The notes beneath the pieces are model-generated. The model saw only the letters and a program-made list of their open reading frames with translations, had not been told where the DNA came from and did no database searches. From the NCBI RefSeq assembly GCF_963921235.1, contig NC_086097.1, positions 146,570,001-146,634,000 of the forward strand: 64,000 nt of DNA, written 5' to 3'. Below, piece by piece: positions 51,572-63,312 of this stretch (within the stretch, counting starts at the first letter, position 1; each line of letters begins with the position of its first letter). The position numbers were made by a program, and so were the translations under genes. The stretch is from Mobula hypostoma (taxonomy: Eukaryota).

Positions 51572-51839
51572 ATGCACCACAGAATAGATCCTTTCAGCCC
51601 TTCGAGCTGCACCACCCAGCTACCCCTGATTTAACCCTAGCATAATCAGAGGACAATTGACAATGACCAATTAACCTACCAACCACTATGTTTTTAGACT
51701 GCGGGAGGAAACCGGAGTACCTAGAAGAATCCCACACAGTCACGGGGAGAACATACAAACCCCTTACAGTCAGCGGAGGGAACTGAACCCCGTTCGCTGG
51801 TACTCTAAAGTGTTGTGCTAACCACTACGCTATCGTGCC
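51572..51839 (-). mobile_element. tRNA-derived SINE (HE1/V-SINE-like) with a CR1-type tail
   Basis: - strand GGCACGA TAGCGTAGTGG (A box) .. GGGTTCAGTTCCC (B box) .. tactccggtttcctccc central domain. Confidence 0.82.
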
Positions 51840-52261
51840 ACTTAGCATGTTATCGAATTACTTTTAAATTGTAAAATCTTTTGTACTGTAGGGAAATTAT
51901 GTTTTTTGGTTACAAAAAAAAATTGCTTAAAAAGTGATTCCAAATATAATTTTTTGGGATGTTGACTGTGGGAAAATCATTGTTTCCAACATTGGGAACA
52001 TTCTCTTATTTTTCTATACATGCAGTGCAATGGGATTTGTGTATTCTCCTGAGAAGGAAATACTTTTTTCTTAATAGCTTAATGAACTAAGGAGGGACAA
52101 GTCCACCAATTACCCACTGATTCCTGTCTCAGTGTTCTCCCTCTTCTTTTGATGCTGGCTGGCTTCCCTTTCCACCCTTAGTGCTGATGTAATGTTTTAA
52201 TGCAAAACTTTGTCAATTCCTCTCCCCCAACGGAAACTGTTCAACCCACCGAGTTCCTTCA

Positions 52262-53624
52262 ACTGGATGTCCAGTCCTTATATACTTCCATCCCCCATCA
52301 GGAAGGTCTCAAAGCTCTACGCTTCTTTTTGGATTCCAGACCTAATCAGTTCCCCTCTACCACCACTCTGCTCCGTCTAGCGGAATCAGTCCTTACTCTT
52401 AATAATTTCTCCTTTGGCTCCTCCCACTTCCTCCAAACTAAAGGTGTAGCTATGGGCACCCGTATGGGTCCTAGCTATGCCTGCCTTTTTGTTGGGTTTG
52501 TGGAACAATCTATGTTCCGTGCCTATTCTGGTATCTGTCCTCTACTTTTCCTTCGCTACATCGACGACTGCATTGGCGCTGCTTCCTGCACGCATGCAGA
52601 ACTCGTTGACTTTATTAACTTTGCCTCCAACTTTCACCCTGCCCTCAAGTTTACCTGGTCCATTTCCGACACCTCCCTCTCCTTTCTAGATCTTTCTGTC
52701 TCTGTCTCTGGAGACAGCTTATCCACTGATGTCTACTATAAGCCTACTGACTCTCACAGCTATCTGGACTATTCCTCTTCTCACCCTGTCTCTTGCAAAA
52801 ACGCCATCCCCTTCTCGCAATTCCTCCGTTTCCGCCGCATCTGCTCTCAGGATGAGGCTTTTCATTCTAGGACGAGGGAGATGGCTTCCTTTTTTAAAGA
52901 AAGGGGCTTCCCTTCCTCCACTATCAACTCTGCTCTTAAACGCATCTCCCCCATTTCACGTACACCTGCTCTCACTCCATCCTCCCAACACCCCACTAGG
53001 AATAGGGTTCCCCTGGTCCTCACCTACCACCCCACCAGCCTCCGGGTCCAACATATTATTCTCCGTAACTTCTGCCACCTCCAACGGGATCCCACCACTA
53101 AGCACATCTTTCCCTCCCCCCCTCTCTCTGCATTCCGCAGGGATCGCTCCCTACACAACTCCCTCGTCCATTCGTCCCCCCCATCCCTCCCCACTGATCT
53201 CCCTCCTGGCACTTATCCGTGTAAGCGGAACAAGTGCTACACATGCCCTTACACTTCCTCCCTTACCACCATTCAGGGCCCCAAACAGTCCTTCCAGGTG
53301 AGGCAACACTTCACCCGTGAGTCGACTGGGGTAATATACTGCGTCTGGTGCTCCCGATGTGGCCTTTTATATATTGGCGAGACCCGACGCAGACTGGGAG
53401 ACCGCTTTGCTGAACATCTACGCTCTGTGCGCCAGAGAAAGCAGGATCTCCCAGTGGCCACACATTTTAATTCCACATCCCATTCCCATTCTGACATGTC
53501 TATCCACGGCCTCCTCTACTGTAAAGATGAAGCCACACTCAGGCTGGAGGAACAATAACTTATATTCCGTCTGGGTAGCCTCCAACCTGATGGCATGAAC
53601 ATCGACTTCTCTAACTTCCGCTAA
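52262..53624 (+). pseudogene. PLE reverse transcriptase/GIY-YIG ORF remnant, N-terminally truncated, with one premature stop
   Basis: In frame throughout. TAA at 53556-53558 stands where the copy at 31570 reads CAC (His); the frame continues LIFRLGSLQPDGMNIDFSNFR to TAA 53622-53624. The ATG at 52200 is in flanking DNA. Confidence 0.9.
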
Positions 53625-53921
53625 GACCCCAGCTCCCCCTCGTACCCCATCTGTTACTTATTTTTATGCACACATTCTTTCTCTCACTCTCCTTTTTCTC
53701 CCTCTGTCCCTCAGAATATACCTCTTGCCCATCCTCTGGGTCCGCCCCACCTCCTTGTCTTTCTTCCTGGACCTCCTGTCCCATGATCCTCTCGTATCCC
53801 CTTTTGCCTATCACCTGTCCAGCTCTCGGCTCTATCCCTCCCCCTCCTGTCTTCTCCTATCATTTTTGATCTCCCCCTCCCCCTCCAACTTTCAAATCCC
53901 TTACTCACTCTTCCTTCAGTT

Positions 53922-53957
53922 AGTCCTGACGAAGGGTCTCAGCCTGAAACGTTGACT
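53922..53957 (+). ncRNA. Minimal type I hammerhead ribozyme motif in the 3' terminus of the long PLE
   Basis: AGTC CTGACGA A GGGT-CTCA-GCCT GAAA CG TT GACT. Core nucleotides intact; GUU cleavage triplet ends at 53953. Confidence 0.72.
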
Positions 53958-55137
53958 GCACCTCTTCCTACAGATGCTGCTTGGCCTGCTGCGTTCACCA
54001 GCAACTTTGATGTGTGTTGCTTGAATTTCCAGCATCTGCAGAATTCCTGTTGTTTGAGTTCCTTCAGCAGTTTGTTTGTTACTCAGGATTCCAGCATCTG
54101 CAGTGTCTTGTGTCTCCTGCTTGCTTGTTTGAAAGTTGGACTGTCAGTGCTGTCACACTCATGCAATATCGCGATGGAGATTCTGACATGAATTTGAACC
54201 CTTGGACACTTGGCTCAAAAACAAGTCAGATTTAATTATTGGTTTACTTCTAAGGCCAGATTTCTCAATCTTCATCTAGAGCAGTGTAACATCCAGACTG
54301 ACTGCTATGAAGATGTTCCATTCCAATAACTCAAGAGGGCAGTGTTGATATTCAGAGATATTTAAAAGCAGAAAGACTTTCAAGTTCCTGAATCTTTGTT
54401 TAGCAGCAGTTTTATTTTGCCTTGTCATTTTTCTCTCCTCCTGCTGCTGAGTTCCACACTCATCAGTCCCACGACTTTCTGTTACCTTACTAAATAGAGA
54501 TTGTTCATGTGTGAGCTTCAAGCAAAAGTGTTGGTGCATACATCTGACAACCAGACACACATATTTCCTTAGAACAGTCACCAGCTAACAACCCACAGCA
54601 AGAATGCAGACAGATTGTAACCCATTGAATATAAGCCACTCTTCACCTCTCTACCATCAACCATCGTTACATTCCCTGGAGTTCAACTGGGAATGCGCTG
54701 ACAAGGAAAGTTCACCTACAGGATAGAATGTCGTTAAGAATGCTTAATTTACATATAAAATAAATATTTAATTATACTCATTCGGAAATGATCAATGATC
54801 ACTTAAATATGAAGCTATCATTTCCTAAATAGTAAAAAAAATAGATCTTGTGCACGATGGAAAAATAGTTCAGAATTATTTCACTCTTTTTTAGGTTTGG
54901 ATATCAATTGCTCTACATTTACTCTACATCTCTAATTGCTTCTGAGCTTAAGAGACAGCTAAAAGTCCCCAATATTAATGGCTCTGGAAATAAGTATATG
55001 TGAAACACATTAAGGATGACAGATTTCCTTCTCTGAAAGATGTTAATGTATTAATTCAGAATTTATGACAATCCAGGAGTTTTATGTTTACCATCACTGG
55101 GACTTGTTATGTTTTGTAACTCCAAAAACTAATCATA

Positions 55138-56175
55138 AGACTATAAACCCATAAGATACAGGAGCAGAATTAGGTCATTTGGCCCATTGAGTCTGCTCTG
55201 CCATTTCATCATGGCTGATCCATTTCCCTCTCAGCCCTAGTCTCCTGCCTTCACCCCAAATCCCTGCATGCCCTGACCAGTCAAGAATCTATCAAACTCT
55301 GCCTTAAATATACCCAATGGCTTGGGCTCCACAGCCTCCTGTGGCACTGAATGCCATAGATTCTCCACTCTCTGGCTAAAGGAATTCTGCCTCATCTCTG
55401 TTCTAACTGGATGTCCCTCTATTTTGAGGCTGTCTTCTCTGGTCTTAGATGCCCAACCATAGGAAACATCCTCCCTACGTCCACTCTATCAAGGCCTTTC
55501 AGCATTCGATAGATTTCAATGAGGTCACCCCTCATTCTTCTGAATTTCAGTGAGTACAGGCCCAAAGCCATCAAATCGATCCTCATATGTCGTGATCATT
55601 CTTTGAATATTCTCCAGTTTCAGCACATTGTTCCTTAAATAAGGGGCCCAAAATTGCTCACAATACTCCAATCAGTGCCTTTTAAAGTTTCAACATCACA
55701 ACCTTGCTTTTATATTCTAGTCTTCTAAAATGAAAGCTAACATTGCATTTGCCTTCCTCAGCACTGACTCAACCTGCAAATTAACCTTTAGGGAATTCTG
55801 CATGAGGATGGGTAAGTCCCTTGGTACCTTGGAATTTTGAATTTTCTCTCCACTTAGAAAATAGTCTATGCTTTTATTTCTTCTACCAAAGTGCATAAGT
55901 GCATGAGCATACACTTCCCGACACTGTATTCCATCTGACACTTCTTTGTCCATTCTCCTAATCTGTCTCAGTTCTTCTGTAGTCTCTCTGCTTCCTCAAA
56001 ACTACCTGCCCTCCACTTATCTTTGTATCATCCGCAAACTTGGCCACAAAGCTATCATCTCTAACATCTAATTCATTGACACGTAACATAAAAAAGAAGT
56101 GGTCCCAACACAGACTCTTTTAGAACACCACTAGCCACTGGCAGCCAACCAGAAAAGGCTCCCTTTATTCCCACT
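55138..56175 (-). mobile_element. CR1 LINE 3' portion, decayed
   Basis: - strand SLKVNLQVESVLRKANAMLAFI and FADDTK-like segment; tail cataagactataaacccataaga. Confidence 0.9.
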
Positions 56176-56709
56176 GAAAAGACCCAAAAGGGAAAACACT
56201 GGAGGCAGGGAACGTATCTACTTAGCTTCTTTCTTTAGCAAGGCATTCACATATGACATGGTGGTGAAATGATGTATACCATTCATGTAAAGCATTGTGC
56301 TAACCATTACACTACTGTAACTTTGTTCACGCACAACATAGCTATCAATTGTGGTTAAGTTTTATAATACGTGGTCTGGAAGTCAATGCAAAGCTTATGT
56401 TTGACAGCCTAGTGAAGCGTTTGAACACAGATCCATTCTGACATGACCATTTACGACTCACAGAGCTGCTACTTTGCTGATTAGGTAAGAGTGGCAGAGG
56501 TGACGGAGATTGATTGTGTCACAGAACTTGACAATTGCTATTAGGAAGTATGAAAGTACAAAGTACAAAGTAAATTTCTTATCAAAGTACATACGTACAT
56601 GTCACTATATACAACCTGAGCTTCATTTTCTTGCGAGCATACACAATAAATCCAAAAAACACAGTAGAATCAATGAAAGTCCACACATAATATGTCTGAG
56701 AAACAACCA

Positions 56710-57368
56710 AACAACACACACAAAATGCTCAACAGGCCAGGCAGCATCTATGGAAAAGAGTACAGTGGACATTTCGGGCCAAGACCCTTCATCAGGACTG
56801 GAGAAAAAAAGCTGAGGAGTAGATTTAAAAGGTGGGGAGAGGGGAGTAGGAAACACAAGGTGATTGGTGAAACTGGGAAGGGGAGGGGTGAAGTAAAGAG
56901 CTGGGAAGCTGATTGGTGAAAGAGATACAGGGCTGGAGAAGGGGGAATCTAATAGGAGAGGACAGAGGGCCATGGAAGAAGGAAAAGAGGGAAGGAGCAC
57001 GAGAGGGAAGTGTTGCCCAGGCAAGGAGATAAGGTGAGAGAGGGAAACGGAGATGGTGAATGGTGAAGGAGAGTGGGGGGGTGGTGTATTATCAGAAATC
57101 TGAGAAAACGATGTTCATGCCATCAGGTTGGAGGCTACCCAGATGGAATATAAGGTGTTGCTCCTCCAAACTGAGTGTGGACTCATCATGACAGTAAAGG
57201 AGGCCATGGGTTGACATATTGGAATGGGAAGTGGAATTAAAATGGGTGGCCACTGGGAGATCCCCTTCTTCTGGCAGATGGACCATAGGTGCTTGGCGAA
57301 GCGGTCTCCCAATCTATCTTGGGTTTCACTGAGAGCACTGGACACAGTATTGACCCCAACAGACTCAC
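56710..57368 (-). mobile_element. Neptune-type PLE 3' fragment nested in a Rex1-type LINE tail (56555-57920, - strand)
   Basis: DLPVATHFNSTSH..HGLLYCHDESTLSLEEQHLIFHLGSLQPDGMNI on the - strand; LINE tail sequence resumes on both sides. Confidence 0.88.
56763..56800 (-). ncRNA. Hammerhead motif, core intact, stems I and III weakened
   Basis: Reverse complement reads CAGTC CTGATGA A GGGT-CTTG-GCCC GAAA TG TC CACTG. Confidence 0.55.
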
Positions 57369-58564
57369 AGCCAATATGCAAGAGACAACAAACTGTGCAA
57401 ACACAATAGCAAAAAAAACAAATAAGCAATAAATATCAAGAACATGAGATGAAGAGTCTTTGAATGTGAGTCTATAGGTTGTGGGTGCAGTTCCCTGATG
57501 GGGGTGAGTGAAATTGAATAAAATTATCATCTCTGGTTCAAAAGCCTGATGGTTGAGGGTAATAACTGTTCCTAACCTGGTGGTGTGGGATCTGAAGCTC
57601 CCGTACCTCCTTCCTGATGGCAGCAGCAAGAAGAGAGAATGGCCTGGATGGTGGGGATCCCTGATGATGGATGCTGCTTTTTGGTGGGGAGAGCTTTACC
57701 CACGATGGACTGGACAGTATCCATTACTTTTTGTTGGCTTTCTGTTCAAGGGCATTGGCATTTCCATACCAGGCTGTGATACAACCAGTCGATATACTGT
57801 CCAATACACATCTATAGAAAGTTTGTCAAAGTTTTAGATGTCATGCTGAATCTTTGCAAACGTCTAAGGAAGTAGAGGTGCTGCAGTGCTTTCTTCATAA
57901 TTGCACTTGTTTGCTGGGCCCGCTCTTTAAACTTAATTAGATGGTGCCTCTTTGTTCAAGTTCATTTGTGTTGACAATGCAGGTTTCTTACTTATGAAAC
58001 AAAAGCATATTTGCTTGGAAATTCACTCCTGTGTATTCCTCTAAATGCCTTGTATAGTTGTGGTTGCATGCTATCCTACATTTCTAAAATCTGATACTTT
58101 TGTTACAACAACATCATACTTCCAGTGCTACCAAGAATGGATGCATTTCTAGCTAATAAATTATTGTGGGTAAACAATAAATTAATGTAAAGTGTTTGCT
58201 GCAAATCTTCAGTGGTGCCTGATTTTTTGTGAGCTCCTCGCCTGATCACTGTAATTTTTTAAATGAATTCTGTCATTTCCGTACAACAAACTCTAATCCT
58301 TTCTTCTTTGAAGTCAGGTAATTTCAACTGATGCTGAGAGTATGCAATCTATTAGCTTTTCTTAAATGTTTATCCGTTAATCAATTTAATGTGTGACTTC
58401 CTGCTTGACAGTACAAAAATAATCAAGTCAGCTATCCAATGAGATTATTGAGTAACCAATTCATTGTCAAGAATTTATCCATCTGACTATGTCACAAAAT
58501 ACAAGTTAAAATGAAGATCCTGAAACAAACCTTACGCTTCATTGTCAATTACAACTGAATGGCT

Positions 58565-59020
58565 CTCTACGGCCTCCTCTACTGCCACAAGGAGTTCAAA
58601 CACCTCATATTCCATCTTGGTAGCTTCCAACCTAATAGCATAAACAATTCTCTACCTTCTGGTAAGTTTCCCCTCTCCCTCCTTCTATCTTTGACTTAAC
58701 TTACTCTGGTTATCTTTTCACCCCTCATCTTCTACTATCTTGCACATCAACTTTCCTTGGTTTCTCTGGTTCTTTCTCTCCCATTCTTCCCTGGTCCACT
58801 GTCCTCTCCTTTTAGACTCCTTTTTCCTCAGTCCTTTACCTCTTCCACCTATTTCCTCACTGCTTCTTACCTGATGCCCCTCCCCCACCCACCCACCTTT
58901 ACCCTCACCTGGTAGCTTGTACTCCTTCCCCTCCCTTCAGCTTCTTATTCTGGCACCTGCCCCTTTCCTTTTCTGTTGCGACGAAGCGTCTCAGCATGAA
59001 ATGTCAACTGTTTATTCCCC
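58565..59020 (+). mobile_element. Degenerate Neptune-type PLE 3' fragment
   Basis: ggcctcctctactgcc...cacctcatattccatcttggtagcttccaacc, C/T-rich tail and a decayed hammerhead near 58975-59010. Confidence 0.75.
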
Positions 59021-60099
59021 CTCTCTTTCCAAATTCACCTTGTCTCATTGTTGTTTCCCAACATGAAACTGAAAGTGCTTTAATAAATCTAAGTGCTTAA
59101 AGATAAACTTTTTATCACTGTCAAACAGAAAAGCTTCAGGTGCTGGCATGATGTGCACAGCACCTGGATAGGTAGGTGGATCCTCTTAGGGTACACATAA
59201 AAAGCACAAGTTATAGGACAAAGTAACAAAGATAGAGACTAATATACATGAAGTCCAAATATTATTTAGAAAGAACATTAACTTCTCCGAAGCAAATATC
59301 ATGGGAGTCTAACTAGGACTTTATTCATTAGAAGATTTCTGAATTGGCAAGATCAATGGAAGTGTCACAAAACAGCTTTCAGTTTTTGCAAGCATCCAAA
59401 TGCATAACATTGTAAATTATTAATTACTGTTGAGAGAAGTCCTGTTCACAAATTTCTGGTTATAGTGCCCTCTCTTTAAGTCTTAAGGTTTGTGTCTGGG
59501 GCATAGTTCTCCGGGAGAGCTTCCTGTTTGCATTTCCATGATATTGTTCAGCAGATTACAAATTAATTAAAAATAATATCTGGTCCACAGGGATGATGCT
59601 GAGTTCCCTCCATTTTCACAATAAAATGGAGTAATTATCTATATTTGGAGAGCTCTTTTTTGTAGCTATTCTTCCATTTTATTGTGAATTATTCATAATG
59701 GACTTCCAAAATGTAATATTTTAAAATATTTTACATTGTGTGCACTAACATTGCAATTAAGCTACTGGACTGGAAGCTAGAGTTCAAGACTAATGATCCA
59801 CTGTGGCTGCTAAGAAAATTTAAATTGAAGTAAGTAAATTAAATCTGGATGTTTTTTAAGATGTTAGTCCTATGGTGTATTTAATTCTTCAGTAATATTT
59901 GAATGATATTGTAAATATATTGTTTGATTAAGCATTGGTACAAAACTTAGTATAAAAACTTCCAGGAGAGTTCAAGTGTGGAATAAGCACACAATGGAAA
60001 CACAGTTCTTTGCTTTTGTTGTTTTTCTTATTAATAAAATGCTTTATTTGTTAGCTTAATTTATTGGCTGTACACCAATATTTTTTTACAAGTGGGATT

Positions 60100-60542
60100 G
60101 ACAATAGACAATAAACAATAGACAATAGGTGCAGAAGTAGACCATTCGGCCCTTCGAGCCTGCACCGCCATTCTGAGATCATGGCTGATCATCTACTATC
60201 AATACTCGGTTCCTGCCCTGTCCCCATAACCCTTGATTCCCCTATCCATAAAATACCTATCTAGCTCCTTCTTGAAAGCATCCAGAGAATTGGCCTCCAC
60301 TGCCTTCTGAGGCAGCGCGTTCCACACCTCCACAACTCTCTGGGAGAAGAAGTTCCTCCTCAACTCTGTCCTAAATGACCTACCCCTTATTCTTAAACCA
60401 TGCCCTCTGGTACTGGACTCTTCCAGCATCTGGAACATCTTTCCTACCTTTATCTTGTCCAATCCCTTAATAATCTTATATGTCTCAATCAGATCCCCCC
60501 TCAATCTCCTTAATTCCAGCGTGTACAAGCCCAGTCTCTCTC
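60100..60542 (-). mobile_element. Young CR1 LINE 3' end, same subfamily as 23445-24752
   Basis: YTLELRRLRGDLIETYKIIKGLD...; (GACAATA)n tail at 60100-60127. Confidence 0.93.
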
Positions 60543-61408
60543 TGTAGATACTGACAGGTAGTATCAGAACAATGAAATTTAGACCTCAGTGCCTGAACCC
60601 AAATGCTGCATGCCTGGTATGATTCCTCCCTGTTAAGATAACACCAGGATATATGCCAAGCAATTGTGAGCTATGTGGATCAATTGAAATATTTCATAAT
60701 AATAAATATTCCCAGAACATTGCATTTCCTAAATATGCTATTTGTCTTAAGAATATGGAAAGTGGAGGAAAACCTCGTAACTAATATTGAGCTAAGTTGA
60801 AGCAGATAAATCAACAGCAAAGCAAATCCTTCAATAGTTTCTTAATGGAGGTAAGGCATGATTATTAGCTTATAATTGCAGTTTGCTGATCTGACAGACT
60901 CATTCATCAAATACTTGATTACTTATGGCATTTGGGGCTGCAGCCACTTAGAAAGTCTGCTGCATAAGACAGGTTTAATTCTGATAAAACACAGATAGAC
61001 ATTCAAAGCTTCGGGGCTATCTATGACTAGGCCTAAAATATACGGTGGTCAGCAGAAGAGACTTCAAACAACTTGCTGGATGAACTCAGCAGATTGAGTA
61101 GCATCTGTGGGGAGGTAGGGAGGAAGGAACTGTCAACATTTCAGGTCAAAACACTGAATCATTGAATCAAGATACAAAAGAAAAAAAGGAGTAAGTGTGA
61201 TCTAGATAACCAATGTTGTAAATTTTGCTCATGGCAATGTTTTTCTTTATATATTAATTCAAGGGAATTGGACAACATAGGCTAAGCTAATGTTTAATTT
61301 TGCATTCCTATTTGTCCTTGAGAAGTGGTGATGAGTTGCCTTCTTGAACTGCTACTGTTCTTGAGGTGTAGTTGAAAAAGAAATGGAAAAAGAACATGGG
61401 AAGAATGT

Positions 61409-61931
61409 AAAAACACAAACACGAGGAAATCTGCAGATGCTGGAAATTCAAGTAACACACACAAAATGCTGGTGGAACACAGCGTGAACATTGATGGCAT
61501 GATGGCATGAACATTGACTTCTCTAACTTCCGTTAATGCCCCTCCTCCCCTTCTTACCCCATCCCTTATTTATTTACTTATTATTTTTTCCCCTTTCTTT
61601 CTCTCTTTTTTCTCCCTCTGTCCCTCTCACTATACCTTCCTCTGATGCTCCCCTCCCCTTTTCTTTCTCCCTAGGCCTCCCGTCCCGTCCCTTGTACCTT
61701 CCAGCCTTGTGCCTTCTTGCCAATCAACTTTCCAGCTCTTGGCTCCATCCCTCCCCCTCCTGTCTTCTCTTATCATTTCGGATCTCCCCCTCCCCCTACC
61801 ACTTTCAAACCTCTTACTATCTCTTCTTTAAGTTAGCCCCAACGGAGAGTCTCGGCCCGAAATGTCAACTGTACCTCTTCCTATAGATGCTGCCTGGCCT
61901 GCTGTGTTCCACCAGCATCTTGTGTGTGTTT
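61409..61931 (+). mobile_element. PLE insertion with an inverted 5' terminal segment and a 13-bp TSD
   Basis: 61413-61483 is the reverse complement of the family 3' end and is followed by a + strand tail. ATGGGAAGAATGT at 61396-61408 and 61932-61944. Confidence 0.9.
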
Positions 61932-63087
61932 ATGGGAAGAATGTGTAGGTTATGGACTGGAAATCATTTTTGTAAACAGCAAACACTGAGTGGATTAGAG
62001 GAGCCATGCAGTACTGATTCAGAGTTCTATTCAAAAACAAAGATCCTGGTACCAACCAATGTCCGTTCTATAGAAGAAGCATTCTGCGAACGTGGCTTAG
62101 AGAGGCACACCAATCACTGGTGTTAGCCAACCAGTGACAATTCAACTTGACACTAGAACAACCAGTAATGTCCTATTGAAGGGAGATATCAATCATAACT
62201 TGCTGCAGTTGAAGCTACCAATTCATGTTCTGTCAAAATTCAAAGGAAACCTTCAGTTTCTGGAAATCCTAAACAAAAATAGAAAGATTGGATACCTTCA
62301 GCAGAGCATGTGGTATGTGTGGCAAGACAAAATGGTTAACATTTCAGTTAAAAACCTTCATTCAGGTTGAAGGATTTCACAGGAGGCATCAGTTAAGGGT
62401 TTTTGACATGTGGAGATATGCTGATGTCTCGAAGGTAGATGCCCTCTGAAAATGGTGAGAAATATGATGTGGATTGCATCATAGTAGATCAGAAAAATGT
62501 CACATCTATGCAAGGAAGTAGTACAGTGTTTTAGCTGGAGCTGGCAACTTAAGAGTGACTTACATTAGACTGTGTAACCTGTTGCTAAGTATGAAGATAT
62601 CTTACACGGAGCAAGGAAACTAGAAGTTATCTGGTTCCTAGATGAAAGAAAGTGCCAGTAACAGTTGCTGTCACAGAGAAACTTAAGTTCAGCCAGAGAT
62701 AGTAGTCCAGTAGGCATACTTTTCCTCAGGAGGGACACATACTCTGGGATGCTTGATGAGGAAAGCCATTAATTAAATAGTTTCAGCATGTGCTTAGTAG
62801 ATATTTTTGCTGACAAAGCCACTTGGGATCAACATAATACCAGAAGAACTTAGTATCAAAGAAACTTCAGTAGTTTCAGAAATTTCAAAATAATTTCAAA
62901 GAAGTGTTGTGATGCCCTAAGATTTCAACACAATAAAGACATGAGGAGATGACATTTTCTTCTCTCTGTGGTGAAGGAAAACAAGAGAAAAGCAGAGTTA
63001 GACCTTGACTGGAAACTGAGGGCCAATTGAACAGATGCAGCAAAATGTAGTGAAGCTGAGTGATCAAACACTGAAGCTCATGATGAA

Positions 63088-63312
63088 ATCACAAACAAGA
63101 GAACATTTTCAGATGCTGGAAATCCAAGTAACACACAGAACATGCTGGAGGAATTCAGCAAGCCTGGCAGCATCAATGGAAAAGAGTACAGTCAATGTTT
63201 TGGCCAAGGCCCTTCTGAAGGGTCTCAGCCCAAAACATCGACTGTTTACTCTTTTCCATTGATGCTGCCGGGCCTGCTGAGTTCCTCCAGCATGTTCTGT
63301 GTGTTACTTAGT
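63088..63312. mobile_element. Fold-back (palindromic) PLE-terminus element with a 10-bp TSD
   Basis: Arms 63126-63215 and 63217-63309 are near-perfect inverted repeats. TCATGATGAA at 63078-63087 and 63313-63322. Confidence 0.9.

Larger units (their letters stand above)
52262..54055 (+). mobile_element. 5'-truncated Penelope-like retroelement (Neptune-type) with RT + GIY-YIG endonuclease and a complete 3' terminus
   Basis: ORF 52200-53558 has RT motifs LDVQSLYTSIP, QTKGVAMGTRMGPSYA, LRYIDD and SFLDL, a Cys linker CKRNKCYTC, and GIY-YIG VIYCVWCSRCGLLYIGETRRRL. Flanked by the direct repeat GAGTTCCTTCA (52251-52261 / 54056-54066). Confidence 0.95.

Noticed and set aside
52200..53558. 452-aa ORF as a host or domesticated gene
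   Set aside because: It is a 5'-truncated PLE bounded by a TSD; the ATG is in flanking repeat DNA and the C-terminus has a premature stop.
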